A stretch of DNA of 63,243 nucleotides, filler included, from Folioceros fuciformis (GCA_049999805.1; 3 parts of 2 records of this genome joined end to end with filler, not necessarily neighbours in it); one strand, 5' to 3'; counted from the whole stretch's first letter, positions 23,215 through 35,763 are shown. Numbers and translations are program-made. The notes: generated by a model not told the origin, from the sequence alone.

Positions 23215-25498
23215 GAACAGGCTGACATCGAAGCATGGTTCTACAATCCCGAGGCTGACAAGTATCGAGTACGCTGGTGAGCGATAGGCGTAGGAAAAGA
23301 TTGATTGATGAACGCGTTACACGCCGCTATCTTGTGCATGCTGCAGACGGTTACTAACCGTTAGGGTATTCCACTAACCTACGACCTGGACACCTAACCT
23401 ACCTTAGGGTTAGATGCCCCTATATTAACACTCCCACTCAGGTCTAGAGTTAGGATGTATAATGTTTTATAGTTGTTTATCGTTTATTAGCTAAAGAAAC
23501 GCAAAACCTAACTAAAGAAACTTGCATGCTAGTAAGAAACTCGTCAGCCCTAACTAGAAAGAAGCTCTTCAGTCTTCAGTCTTTGGCTTCCCAGCTCGCT
23601 CTTTGTTCCGCCCCTGTGCTCCATCGCAGCTCCTTGCTTGCTGATCGCATTCGCGGATGTAGTGGTGCTCAATTCCAATGTGTTTAGTCTTGGCGTAGAA
23701 GCGTGGATTCATTATCAGTGCTATTGCGCTTTGATTGTCACATAGCAGGTCTATTGGAAGCTCTTGCGGTATGCCTAGCTCCCTCAACGCTCCCACTGAC
23801 CAGGTAACCTCCTTGCAAGCCTTGGTCAAGCTCTTGTACTCAGCTTCCGTAGAGGACAATGCTATGGTGGATTGTTTTCTGCTACTCCATGAAATTGCGC
23901 CACCTGCCATGATTGTCACATAGCTGGATATACTTTTGCGGCTGTCTGGGTCACCACCCAGTCCGCATCGTTGTACACTGTCAGGTTCAGGGCCTTCTTT
24001 GCCTTGGTGCTATACAGGATCCCCCAATCTGCTGTTCCAGAAATGTACCTGTAGACCCTTGTCATCAGCTCTTGGTGTGCTCTATTAGGGTTGGACACAA
24101 ATTTGGAGGTCAGGCCTGAAGTGTAGGCCAGGTCAGGTCTGCTCCCAATCATAAGGTGCATCACACTCTCGTTTTCCGATGCGTACTGCTCAACATACTG
24201 TGCATCCTCTTCAGGTACTGCTCCCACTTGCTGAATATACCTCACGTTTTGTTCAACCGGGGTTGCAACAGGTTTGCAGTGCATCATGCCATACCTGTTC
24301 AGAATTTGCAGTGCGTACTTATGCTGATGCAGGAAGATGGTGCCCTCGCCACGATTTCGGAGCAGTTGCATACCTAGGCAATATGCTAATGATCCGGCCT
24401 CTGTGATCTTGAAGGCTCTTTGCAGGTGCTCTTTGAGCTCATGCATCATCCGCAGGGAGTTGCTAAGCACAATGATATCATCTACATAAATGGCAAGAGC
24501 CAGAAAACTTGTGCCTTCCTTTTTCACATACACATTGCTGTCAGCATGGAGGCCTGCATACCCATGCTCTGTGAGGTAAGTGTGTATCCTTTCATACCAT
24601 GCCCGAGGACTTTGCTTTAGTCCGTATATTGTCTTCTGGAGCTTACAGACTGGACGTGGTATGTATGCAAGTACTGCAACTCCTGCGGGGACCTGCATGA
24701 AGATCTCCTCGTGGAGGTTCCCATACAGGAATGCTATCGTCACGTCTAACTGTTCAAGTTCCAGGTTGTTTACTGCAGCAAGTGCTACGAGTATTCGCAA
24801 AGTGTTCAACTTCACCACTGGACTAAGCGTGTCGTCATAGTCCACGCCAGGTATTTGTGAATACCCCTTCGCAACTAGCCTTGCTTTATAGCGCACAATA
24901 CTGCCATCAGCTTTGAGCTTGATCTTAAACACCCACTTGCTGCCAACCTGTTTTCTGTCTACAGGGAGACTGGCAATTTTCCAAGTTTGGTTTTCATGCA
25001 GGGATGCCAGCTCAGACTGGATAGCCTTGTACTAGTGTTCAGTATCTAGGTAGCTCAAGGCTGCTTCATATGTAGGCGGTTCGTACAGAACTGTATTGGC
25101 AGCTAGGCAGTAAGTGAGATGGGACTTAGGGTGCCGAAAGTCCTCTGGTGCATACATGTCTGGAGGTCTGTGTGTTTGCTGAGACTGCCTGGGCTCAAGA
25201 TGAGCATGCTTTGGTTTCCTTCTATGCTGTCCAATTGGTGGAGCTTAAGGGATGATAGTCTCTGCCTCCTCAAAATGCAACGACCCAACTAAAGGTGAAT
25301 CTTGCAAGTTTCTGCTGTGAATGATGCATCCAGGTGTCCGCAGTGGTGTTTGCACGAGTGGTGACTGTGGTGCTGGTACCACTTGTGCTGCAGGGGCTCC
25401 AGGTGCCACAGGCGCAGCAGGAAGAGGAATGCGGATGTCTCTGACTAGCATCTCCTCCTCCTCTTCTGCATAGCCATCATCGGAACTTGGAGAGTCAT
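23215..25498 (-). mobile_element. Ty1/Copia element El3, 3' part (RT, RNase H, PPT, 3' LTR starting at 23430); truncated by the scaffold end
   Basis: ORFs 23916-24932 (YKARLVAKGYSQIPGVDY, QLDVTIAFLYG, YGLKQSPRAW, YVDD) and 23569-23919 (SSTEAEY, KTKHI). PPT GAGTGGGAG at 23431-23439, then TGTTAATA. The left end of the LTR is not resolved. Confidence 0.85.
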
Positions 25499-25598
25499 NN
25501 NNNNNNNNNNNNNNNNNNNNNNNNNNNNNNNNNNNNNNNNNNTTAATTAATTAANNNNNNNNNNNNNNNNNNNNNNNNNNNNNNNNNNNNNNNNNNNN
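25499..25598. other. Artificial scaffold linker N44-TTAATTAATTAA-N44
   Basis: A six-frame stop 12-mer at 25543-25554 centred in exactly 100 nt; the identical construct occurs at 48801-48900. Confidence 0.95.
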
Positions 25599-26000
25599 TG
25601 GGTGGGCGGAATGCGGGTACAGACTGTGATGTCGGGGCTGGCGCCCAGGGTGCCCGCCGTGGGCGTAACGGGGCTGGGGCCTTTCGCCAGTTCTCGCTCC
25701 AATTCTGGAGCCGACACTCCCAATCAAAGCCAGCAGCAGCAACAGCAGTGGCGAGGGGGCAATCGGAGCAGCGTCAGCCAGTCTCCCGCCACCAGCGTCT
25801 CCATGGGGCTCAATCCCCTGGCAGGAAAGGGGGTCATGATGCCCCACCATCATCACCATCACTCCCAGCATCAGCACCAGCAGCATGGCATCGCAGGAGC
25901 AGGTGGAGCAGTAGGAGGAGGCGGAGGAGGATACGACTCGGAGGGGGAGTCGGAGCGGAGAGTGGCGGACGATCTGGAGCTCACTCTGTGCACGCGGTGA
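25599..26000 (+). CDS. 3' end of a gene encoding a Q/H/G-rich protein that ends in an EAR motif; possibly a BES1/BZR1-family transcription factor
   Basis: Open frame from the gap to TGA at 26000, ending ..EGESERRVADDLELTLCTR. DDLELTL is the typical C-terminal EAR motif of BES1/BZR proteins. The DNA-binding domain is not in the window. Confidence 0.55.
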   Translation, partial: WVGGMRVQTVMSGLAPRVPAVGVTGLGPFASSRSNSGADTPNQSQQQQQQWRGGNRSSVSQSPATSVSMGLNPLAGKGVMMPHHHHHHSQHQHQQHGIAGAGGAVGGGGGGYDSEGESERRVADDLELTLCTR

Positions 26001-27810
26001 CGGGAAGGCGTGGGCGGGGCCAGGGAAGCGGGGGGGTCTGGCATTGGCTGGTGCCTGGAGCCATGTGGAGATGGTGCAACGTTGCGGATACAGGGTGGGC
26101 GTAGCGTAGCAGGAGTAGCCGGGGCTTAGGACACTTAACACACAGCCAGCAAGCCGTGCAGGCAAGCCGCAGTCGTAGACGTAGTCGACGTCTGCCTGCC
26201 TGCACAATTTTTGACAATGCTGGAGAGGCATTGCTGCTGCCGCACTCACGCCTCCTGCAGGTAACATCACTGTCATCAACTCATGTAATTGTCTGCTTTT
26301 GCTTTTTGGGAGGTGCTTGCAGTAGAAGTAGTCGTGGTAGGAATGACAGGCATTTGACATCAAGAGTCACCTGTTTGTGGTGATGCAGGCAGGCATGGCA
26401 TGGCATGACATGGATGGCCACCGCTGGGACGCCGACAGGGGACAGGACAGGGTACAGGACAGGGACAACCGTCACAGACCACATACCGGATGAGCGTGTA
26501 TTTTGGCACCTCTTCTCCAGTCACTCACACCTCCATCGCAGCAGCAGCTTACGAACACGAACGACACAGAGACAAGGCCAAGGACGGATGGAAGTAAGGG
26601 AGGAAGGAAGGAAAGCTGCATGAGGCGTATATACATATCTACATATATATATGCCTAGAGTAGGAGAGAAACTTTGATGAGGTGGGCAGTGAGTGTCTGG
26701 ATCTGTAAATATTTTGCATCGCCGTCTGAACTGAATGTGGCTGTGAAAGACTTTCTTGTTGACCTGTACCGCGGGCCTGCTTGCTGTGGCTTGGACGATG
26801 GACGTCAAGTGAGGGGTACTCGAGCCCCTCGCAAAATTTTCTCACTTGTTAGCAGCAGCCTGTAATATTTCTGCTCGAATTAGTTGCTCGAAATGCCTGC
26901 CTGCCTGCCGCGCTTGTCATTTGTGCTGCTTATGGATAATCTGCTGCTGCCGTGTGTGTGATGATGAGTGCGGATGTGTCGCGAACTTGTCTGGGTTATG
27001 GTTCCGGTTCAGGGCAGCAGTATGTTGTAGGTAGTGGTGGTGGTGAGGGCCGAAGAGGGACGCGATCGGTCCTCTCCTCGTCGTTGTCCTGTCCTGTTAT
27101 CCCTCGACATTAGCGGCAAGAGAGCTAGTTAATGAGATAGATGTGAGCAATGCGCCCGAGTGGAGTGTCGACAGCAGACTGTCGACCCATACACACTGTC
27201 ACACTTACCTGCGTCAGCTTCACAGCGTGCGGTACTGGTCACATGGTGGGAGGAGGTGCAGCAGATCCGGCAGTAATGGCGGGTCGAGCGCAGGCCAGGT
27301 CCCATGCGTCCAAATGTGGCAGAGGGCGGAGCATGTTCCCCTCTCCCTCCCATCCGCATCCCGATTCCCGATTCCCGATTCCCCTTTCCCCTTTCCCCGT
27401 TCCAGTTGGCCTCGGGTGTACACCCTGTTGCGTAAGACGTACACACAAACCGCGTCTCCTACTAGTTCCTGGCCGTAACCTTTGGCCTTTGCCATTGCGT
27501 TTGGCTCCCGTCGGTGGGGACAGGCAGCACCTTGCGAGCCAGCGCGGGCGGTACCAAGAGCGTGTAGGTTGATGTCATCCTCGTTCCGTCCCGTCCACTC
27601 CGGGCCCCGCCCTGCCCTGCCCTGCCCCGCCTCNNNNNNNNNNNNNNNNNNNNNNNNNNNNNNNNNNNNNNNNNNNNNNNNNNNNNNNNNNNNNNNNNNN
27701 NNNNNNNNNNNNNNNNNNNNNNNNNNNNNNNNNCCCCCGTCCCCCACGTCACATCACGCCCTACCACCGCATCACGGCCTCCACCCCCATTTTCGCACCT
27801 TCCTCCCGAG

Positions 27811-27967
27811 CTGCTGCTGTGGTGGTGGTGGTGCTGTAGTGCTGCGACGCTGCGGTGCTGCTACTGCGGTGCTGCAGCTGCTGTGGTGTTGCGGTGCTGC
27901 AGCTGCTGTGGTGTTGTGGTGCTGCTGCGGTGCTGCTGCTGTTGTGGTGATGTGGTGCTGCTGCTGC
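27811..27967. repeat. Compound (GCT/GGT/TGT)n low-complexity tract
   Basis: Directly visible. Confidence 0.8.
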
Positions 27968-29002
27968 TAATGAATACGATGCACTCTTTTCAGCCTCCAG
28001 GTACGTATACAGCTACATGCTTCCTCACCTCCACTCCAACCTTCAACCAGTAGGTAATGTGCGATATGTATGTGGTGTGCATTTGCAGCACGTCCGCCTG
28101 GGATATTAAGGGGGCAGGTGGGTGCAGAAAACCACCTTCCCCAAAATGCTTCCCCCGGGTTGGTTGTGGACACGAAACAAACCAGACATTCGTGGCCAAC
28201 TTGTGCATGGCAGTTTCACTTTGTTTAGGGCATGTGGGCTACGGTTTGGTGGAGTTGATGCAGCTGGGGAAAGAGGAAGGTGTTCGGTACAGTGAACCCA
28301 AGGTTGGGGAGGAAGAGGGAGCCTTGCCTTGCCTTACCTGGCCTCGCCAACATTCTGTTACGGTGGCTGCACAGACTGTTGGGAGTCGGTGGGCTACACC
28401 TCATCGCCCCCATTTCCGCCCCCGTAACTTTGTCAGCAGTCCGCTGCACTGCCGTTGCCAACCGGGTACATCCCAACAAAGACCAAGCCTTGAAACCCAA
28501 AACAAAACATGTCAGGAATCGGATCCATGGGAGTTACACACACCCGCTGCCTAGCACACACACAAACTCACACACTCGTTCACGCAGTGTGGCATCATCA
28601 TTTCACAGACCTGCGAGCAGCACTCCGCTGCACTACATAGCGGCAGGCCATATCTGGGTCCGAGGAGGAGGATGATGACCCCGTGTCCATCATTCATTGC
28701 AGGCCCCACCGCACAACTTCTTCATCAACACATCTCTCCCACACAAGGCGCTTAAGCTGCTTGGCTGGCTGCTGCAACAGCTGCTTCCCCTTTCTCTCCA
28801 AACCTTTATTATCTAGCGCTGTAGGCCGTCCCCGCTTGGACCCTTTCCTTCCACGCTGCGTTCCCTCATGGCCTGGAAATCGGAATCCTGCGTTGCTGGG
28901 CTGTTTGTTTTGTCCGTGATACCACTCGTGTGAAGGCGGCACTGGCAGGACTGTTACACCCGCCGAGGCAGAGAGGCAGGAGGAAGACGCTTTCTGTTTT
29001 GT

Positions 29003-29022
29003 GGCAGGGGCAGGGGCAGGGA

Positions 29023-29083
<61 letters not shown>

Positions 29084-29102
29084 AGAGGCAGAGGCAGAGG
29101 CA
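29003..29102. repeat. (GGCAGA/GGCAGG)n hexamer microsatellite
   Basis: About 16 units visible. Confidence 0.9.
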
Positions 29103-30899
29103 TGGGGAGAGGGAGAGGTAGCGGCCGAGGCAGACGAAACGGGGTTGACCTCATCCCGTGGCTCCGTCTGCACGGGACGGGGGCCTCCGTCGCGCCGTGA
29201 TCATAGCCTCCAGCACGAGCATGGCGTGAGTGCACGGAACGGGGTTCGTAACCGACGGGCCGCTTGGACTGGCTTTGCCAAACCCGCTGCCTGCCTTCCT
29301 GCCTTCCTCTCTCCATGCTCTCCAACATTACAATTCCCGTAGTCTACATACATACATACCTACATAACGTAATCGAAGCAAGCTGTTCGTGTTCGTGTTC
29401 GTGTTCGTGTCCGGGGGCCATGAGCGCGTGGATTACTTCTCTTGCCCGGAGGCCCCGCTAATCGTCCACGCTCCGTGCGCGCAATCAAGCTGTTGCCCAC
29501 AATCATGCCAAACCCTAGTTATCTCTGTATGTACACCTCCATTACTGTACATTGCAGGGAGGGCATGTACACATACGCGTACGTGTATTACCTCCAATAC
29601 TTTATGTCCACTCCTAATAACTCCTTGCTTCGTCTCCCGCACATCAACAGCCAGTACACCAGCGTCGCGTACTGTTCCTACTCCTCCTCCAGCTCCAGCT
29701 CCAGCTCCAGCTCCCGCCCCTGCTCCTCCTCCAGCTCGTCCTCCTGCTCCAGCTCCTGCTCTTACTATGAACGCCATCCATTCCTTCGTCGTCATGAGCT
29801 GCTGGCTGCTCATCACTCATACAAGCTTCAAGCACACAGAGACCGGTAAAGAATTTGAGGCCCGACGCCTCTTGCCCTGCTCCCGCCCACATTATGTAAC
29901 GATCAACAACATTGTTGGCAATCTTGGATGTCAGCATCCCCCCATGCTTCTTCACTTTTGCTCCGTGCTCAGTATGTTATAACCCATATCGCCTTGCCTA
30001 GCCGGGCAACAGTCTGCTTGCAAACTGTCATTGTTAGATTGCTCTGACTGACCAGTTCTCCTATAGCCGCCTTTGCCTTTTGTTTTTCGTGTAGCTTGGG
30101 AGGCTAGCACCCCGGAAACATCTGATTCCTGTGTCCGCTTCTCAGCAATGTCTCCCATGGTCTGCTCTGCTCTGCTGTACAGGCAAAGGTCTCTGAGACT
30201 CAGAAAACTGCGGGGATGCAGTCCAGATTTTGTGGGAGACGAACTCCGTTGCTCATATTCCAGTAGGCTTACTTGAGTTCGACAGCTATATCCTCGCACT
30301 TTGATCACCTTCCCTTGTGCAACTGAACTGCATTCACCTTGCTGTGGGCCGGGCCGGGCCGTCGTGCAAACTTGTTCCAAGGAAAACAACACCTTAAGGC
30401 AGTGCAGAAGGAAACCGGAATGAAAAATTGAAACTTGTGTTTGGGGCAAAAGCAAGGAAGCAAGCCAAATTGGAGTGAAAGAGTTATCGAAATGCGGCCC
30501 AGCTTTCAATTTAATGTAGACATGTATGAATGGGTGTAGGTCACTAGTGAGAAGAAAACTCGTCAATTAGCACATGCGGCCTATCCCCTCGATCTGGCAA
30601 GAGTCGTGTGATATGGATAAGATAATATACATGTGTACATAATATGTATGTGCTGTACTGTACATTGTCCCGATCGAGGACTGAGAGGCATCTTGTCCGA
30701 GTTGGACGCGGGGCGCCCATGCTTGGAGTGAGCCAACGCCAGGCTCCAAAACCCTACCCGGCACCGAGCCCACGGCGCCAGACGCGGTGCAGCACATGCC
30801 AAGTGGCAGTTCCGTCCTCTGCCCTGAAGCAGCCCGAGGGCGAGGACCAGACGCCGCTGGAGTCGAGGAGCCTCGACTTTGGAGCACCGAACATGGCAG

Positions 30900-31616
30900 A
30901 TGGCCACCATGGAGGAATTGCCCACCGCGACTATGAGCATGAGCAGCCATGGGCTGAAGCGCAGGATCTGGAGCAGCGACAGCGCAGGGCCGTGTCCAGG
31001 CCCAAACCCAAGGCCGGGGCCGGGCCCAGGACCAGGGCCAAGCATGAGCCCGGGGGCGGGGTCGTGGTCGGGACCGGGACCGGGACCGGGACCAGGACAA
31101 GGACCAGAGCCAGGAGCAGGAGCAGGACCAGGGCCAGGGCTAGGAGAGGGGCAGCCGCACAAATTTGGCAAGCTGGCTGAGGGTCACAGCCCGCGCACGC
31201 TTACCTCTACCATGCTCGCATTGCAGAGGTGCATCACCGAGGTAGAGAGTACAGGAGTGGGAACCTCGTCCCAGGATCTTGCCGCCTTGCGCATCCACGC
31301 TAAGCGCCTGGTTGACGTAATTGACGGTGTCATGCTTGCCGCTTGCGCCAGGGAGAAGGATCAGGCCGCGGCGCAGGCCGCTCTCTTTGCTAACCGCGAG
31401 GTGGAGAAATTGCGCCGCCAGAGGGACGCCAGTGAGAAGGCTGCCGCCGATGAGATTAGAAAGATGCGGGAGGAGCGGGCCACTGTGGAGGCGCTTGCTG
31501 CTGCCGAGCGTATCAAGCGTGTTGTTTGCCACGAGGCTGCCAATTTCGCTGGCCATTTGCAGCACAACAAGGTGGAGGATGAAATATCCTGTTTCTTCAG
31601 ATACCTTTCTTCGTGA
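30900..31616 (+). CDS. Hypothetical protein or exon with (GP)n repeats followed by a coiled-coil
   Basis: ORF MATMEELPT..GPGPGP..DLAALRIHAKRLVDVID..REVEKLRRQRDASEKAAADEIRKMREERA. Exon structure is unresolved; it may continue to about 32590. Confidence 0.5.
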   Translation: MATMEELPTATMSMSSHGLKRRIWSSDSAGPCPGPNPRPGPGPGPGPSMSPGAGSWSGPGPGPGPGQGPEPGAGAGPGPGLGEGQPHKFGKLAEGHSPRTLTSTMLALQRCITEVESTGVGTSSQDLAALRIHAKRLVDVIDGVMLAACAREKDQAAAQAALFANREVEKLRRQRDASEKAAADEIRKMREERATVEALAAAERIKRVVCHEAANFAGHLQHNKVEDEISCFFRYLSS

Positions 31617-32756
31617 CGGTAGGAGCGGGGTTTTTTTTGGCATCTGTGCTACATTGCTCCCCTCCACAACAGCTCGGCATCTGGCTTGCATATGGTGGCG
31701 GATGTATGTAGCCGTATTGCGTGGCGGAGCAATTGAATGGGGATGTGTCTATTACCTGCTTTGGTTCTCCTGTATCACGTACTCGGATCTTCTGGCAATT
31801 GGCGCCAAGAAGTACGTCGAGTGTGTTCAGCTCTCAAAACACCCGACATTGGTTTTACGCATGTAGGTCTGGGATTTTGTTTTTTTGGTCAATGTTGTCT
31901 GTTTTCCTAGCTGTACGTTATTGAAGTTTGTTTGTAGGCGTTACTGGGTGCGCTACAGCCTTTCTTCTTTGGCAGCCCCAAGGTTCATCCTTTAGTGTGT
32001 GGACAGGTAGAGACGAGAGAGCAAAAACTAGATTGAGGTGTAGGCGTAGAGGGCGCGGCCACCAAACTTTTACTCTGCCTCCTTTTCTCTGTCACAAGCT
32101 TTATCAGACAAGACAGCAGGATGCAACCGTGATCCGATGGACATCGGAAGTGCATACCTACCAGGACTGTCAGTCGGGGCTACTGTCCGGCTATCTCATT
32201 TTTCTGTTTCATTGGGAGGAGTAGTTCGGGAGTAGTTGGCTTCTGGCTGGCTGTGGAAAGGGACTTTAGTGTTCCTCCTGCTGGAAGGTTTTCCTGCTCA
32301 ACCGGAGAAAGCATCAACTGGACAAAATGGGATGTCAGAGGTGACGAGCATGCATGCCCCAAGTTGCAGCTTTTCGCATTATGTTCCAGGGTGCGTTGGC
32401 AGGAAAGGCAAGTGAGATGGGGGTTCCTCGAGCAGCCCATTTCACGTTGCGCGTCATGGAATTATTATCATTTTTGCAGGTGACTGTTCCCAGTGAGCAC
32501 TCCGTCCCTTCAGGTGATCCAACGACTACGAAGAAACTCGGTGACCTACAGACGGACAGGGAGACAAGACGGCCTGGAAAGGTTCCTTGACGAAGGGCAA
32601 GGACGAATAAATGGCCATGAAGACTCTGGTAGATGGAAACCTTTAGGTACCCCTCTTCAAATCCGTGTTTGAGACAGGAGGTGATAGATCTAGGTTAGAA
32701 GCGGGCGATAATTGAAGTGTGGACAAATGAAGTAGTGGTAATAATGATACAGTCAG

Positions 32757-34115
32757 TTACACAAAAATTCGCAGGGGAGGAATGGTGATTTTGGCGTCCT
32801 GCAGGAATGGGATGGACGCGCTGTTGTTTTGCAATACATCAGCGTAGAAGAGGTATTCTGCGTCGTAGTCGTGGAGAGCAAGTTCCTCCCTCTGGTGGCT
32901 GTGGTAGTGGTGCTTTTGGCCCTGGATTTTCCCAAAACCGAATAAATCCACGTTGTCGCATAGACTTAGCGCTAGCACGACGGCCTGAAAGCCAGATGAG
33001 TAGTGGAAGTATTCGCCCCCATACTTTCTGGACCATTCCTCCACAGACCTGCCAGTCGTTGTGACAAACTTTGTGAGAGAATACCACTTGACAATCCTGA
33101 AGCAAAGCTTGTCGAAATGGGGATCCGTAACCAAAATTGGCGTTTCATGCAAGGGACCGCATCGGGCGATGTCCATGAGATGCGCAGGAGTGCACATGTA
33201 GACCATAATAGGAACGTCCGCGCCATGAAAGAAGCAGGAGCAGCCGATGGCACGCCTTGCACAATTGTGAAAGACGTTGCTGTTCATGAAGGAGAGTGTT
33301 GTTTTCTCGCCCACATGCTGCTTGAAGAAATGGGTATCCGCTGTGTTGATCCTGATCACCATCTCATGCGAGTCGATGAATGCTCCGTGCTGCGCGGACA
33401 GTAGAATCCCGCTATTCCCCACCACAGCGCATGTCTTGTAGCGGCGGGTAAGCCCACGCTTGGCATGGTTGCCACCCCGGGCACGCGCGTAGTGCCTGTC
33501 CAAGGGCGCCTTCACCAGCTCCAGCATCTGCCCCATAATCTCAGGCTGAAACTGTCTCTTGCCAGCCCACTGCCGCACCAGTTCCTTGAAAGAATCCCAG
33601 TGCGGCCAGTACATCTGCCGGGAGAGCTCCACCTCCCACGGCTCAGGCCTCCCCTTGAGGGGCCTCTCTCTCTCCTCTCTGGAAAGGGAACCATCCTGCC
33701 TGCGATGACTCTGAAGATCCCTATTGGTCTTGGAAAAGTCCTGCTCAATATTGTGGTCCAGGACCTTGTTTATCGTCCGCGCCTGCAACGGCTCCAGCTC
33801 ATCGACTCCCGCCAGTTCCAAAATCGTGCGATTGTTTGTCGCCAGAGACAGCGGCATGAGTTCTGCGTAAGACATGAGAGGCACCTCCGGCGGCTGCCGC
33901 TGCTGTATCCCTCGTCCCCGCTCCCAGATGAGAACTGGATTCAGGAAGGAGATGATGAGCAGCACCACAGCAAGGGCGAACAGGAAGAGCAGTTTCACTC
34001 TCATAGATTTCATGAGGCTGGAGGCGAAGCAGCAACAAGTGAGTGCGGGATTCTGTTTCCCAGACTTCCCCTTTCCGGTCAGCGCCATAGCGAAGTCTTT
34101 CACATCCGCATCCAT
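32757..34115 (-). CDS. GALT29A: GT29 sialyltransferase-like protein, beta-1,6-galactosyltransferase GALT29A-like (intronless, type II membrane)
   Basis: Sialylmotif L (CAVVGNSGILL..HGAFIDSHEMVIRIN), S (SSGFQAVVLALSLCDNVDLFGF), III (HHYH) and VS (HDYDAE); TM segment LLFLFALAVVLLII. The start could be ATG 34115 or a downstream ATG such as 34013. Confidence 0.9.
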   Translation of the reverse strand: MDADVKDFAMALTGKGKSGKQNPALTCCCFASSLMKSMRVKLLFLFALAVVLLIISFLNPVLIWERGRGIQQRQPPEVPLMSYAELMPLSLATNNRTILELAGVDELEPLQARTINKVLDHNIEQDFSKTNRDLQSHRRQDGSLSREERERPLKGRPEPWEVELSRQMYWPHWDSFKELVRQWAGKRQFQPEIMGQMLELVKAPLDRHYARARGGNHAKRGLTRRYKTCAVVGNSGILLSAQHGAFIDSHEMVIRINTADTHFFKQHVGEKTTLSFMNSNVFHNCARRAIGCSCFFHGADVPIMVYMCTPAHLMDIARCGPLHETPILVTDPHFDKLCFRIVKWYSLTKFVTTTGRSVEEWSRKYGGEYFHYSSGFQAVVLALSLCDNVDLFGFGKIQGQKHHYHSHQREELALHDYDAEYLFYADVLQNNSASIPFLQDAKITIPPLRIFV

Positions 34116-35763
34116 GTACGACTTGCAGGCAGCCTGCCTGAGAGCATGTGATACTATGCTGAATCCGATGGGTGACGCAGGCAGGCAGCAGCGTGAGGCT
34201 GGCCTGCGGGGTTGATCAGCCTCAACCTCCGAGACCACCCTGTCCCGCCCTGCAAGTTCCCAGCACAGACTGTCTCCCCATCAGCAAATCAAACATGCGA
34301 CACTCCAAGAGCTGTCCCGTTGCACCATGTAACAAACGAACGTTTCGACCACGACCACCCAAGGACTTGAAGCCAAACAGCAAGCCGAAGTCGGAACAAT
34401 GGCCAATCAAGACCACTCCACCGCCTGCCCTTCCACCACCCCGGATCTGACGCCGCAAGCAACCTGTAGCACAGCCAGAGGCTCCACCTTTCACATCCAC
34501 GTGCACGAAAACCCGACGACCCACCTCCCACGCCACGCAAGCAATCTCCGTCTCCACACACACACACAACACACACACACGATACCGCCAAAACCCAAAA
34601 ATCCCACGCTAGCACCCCGATCTCCGCCACCTGACCCACCTGGATCCTAGCTCCACGAAGTCTCAGCATCTTCACCAAGGCGGACAGGACCGGGGGCGAG
34701 GACAGGCCTCATCCCAAACACTCAGTCGCAGAGGTGATGGCGAGGAGATGCTAATCCCTGGCCCGCTACCGCCAATCCCCACGTGCCTCTCGCCCAGTAG
34801 AGATCAGGCTGTGGAGCGCGCTGCAATGGCAATGGCGAGGGCGAGGGCGAGGGCGAGGGCGATAGCAGTGGGGGATCCCCCGTCCACGCAGCTCCCGACG
34901 CCTCATATCCCGTGATTGGATGACACCGGGCCAGGCCATTGCACGCGGCGTTGAAGCGGGGCGAAGCAGGAGGCGGGAGAAGGCAGGCAGAGGGTGGATG
35001 CAGAGCAACACGGTGCGGTACTCCATCCAAGACCGGGCCGAGCCGCGCCGGGCCGGGCCGGGCAGCCCGGCTATCGAGCCCTCCCAAGGCGATGCCTGAG
35101 CAGGACAAGGCGCCTGCCGGTCTGGCCTAGACTGCCAGATGCGAGGTAGGTGTTCATTGGACCGCAGCTAGCCAATCAAGAATTGGACCACCACAACCAC
35201 GTCCAACCGGCTTCTCGGAGTCTCTCACGTTCTCGGGTCTTCCAATTCTTTTATCGACCTTCCCTGACCCAAAATACACAAGGATTCCGCGATCTTTGTC
35301 ATTACCCTGTCTCTACCTCTCGGCGTTCCACTCAAAGGGCCCCTCCCCTGCGCTCCCCTCCCCTGGCACCTGCGGTCATGCTGTCTCGTGTTTTTCTATG
35401 TTGTCCCATTCTATCATAATAGCGCATCATGGCCATGGCATCATGTGCTGCAGTGGTGCTACTGCCAGCCCGTTGTGTACTCGGACAGACATCTTGCTGT
35501 TCACACACAACATATAAAATAGACACAAACCTTTGTCCAAACCCGACGCTCCACACTCGTACCACAAACAACGGCCTTCTACAACAGGTAGGCTAAACGC
35601 ATACAACATATATGTCCCTGCCTTTCGAAACCAAGGCCTTTGGCATAACACCACGCCTTCCATCATCTAACCCCATCCTCCCTCTAGGACAAACACACTG
35701 CAAGAGACTCCGGACCATTTATAAATGGCACCACTCCCTTTCCATCTAAGCTTTTCTTCCATA

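Noticed and set aside
29433..29816. Faint resemblance of the minus-strand ORF to a REC114/PHS1 PH domain
   Set aside because: The similarity covers only a few residues and the plausible splice acceptors lead to immediate stops.
33003..34215. Long plus-strand ORFs overlapping the GT29 gene (likewise those opposite PAC1, PsbR and the PPR gene)
   Set aside because: Antisense shadows of genuine GC-rich coding sequence.
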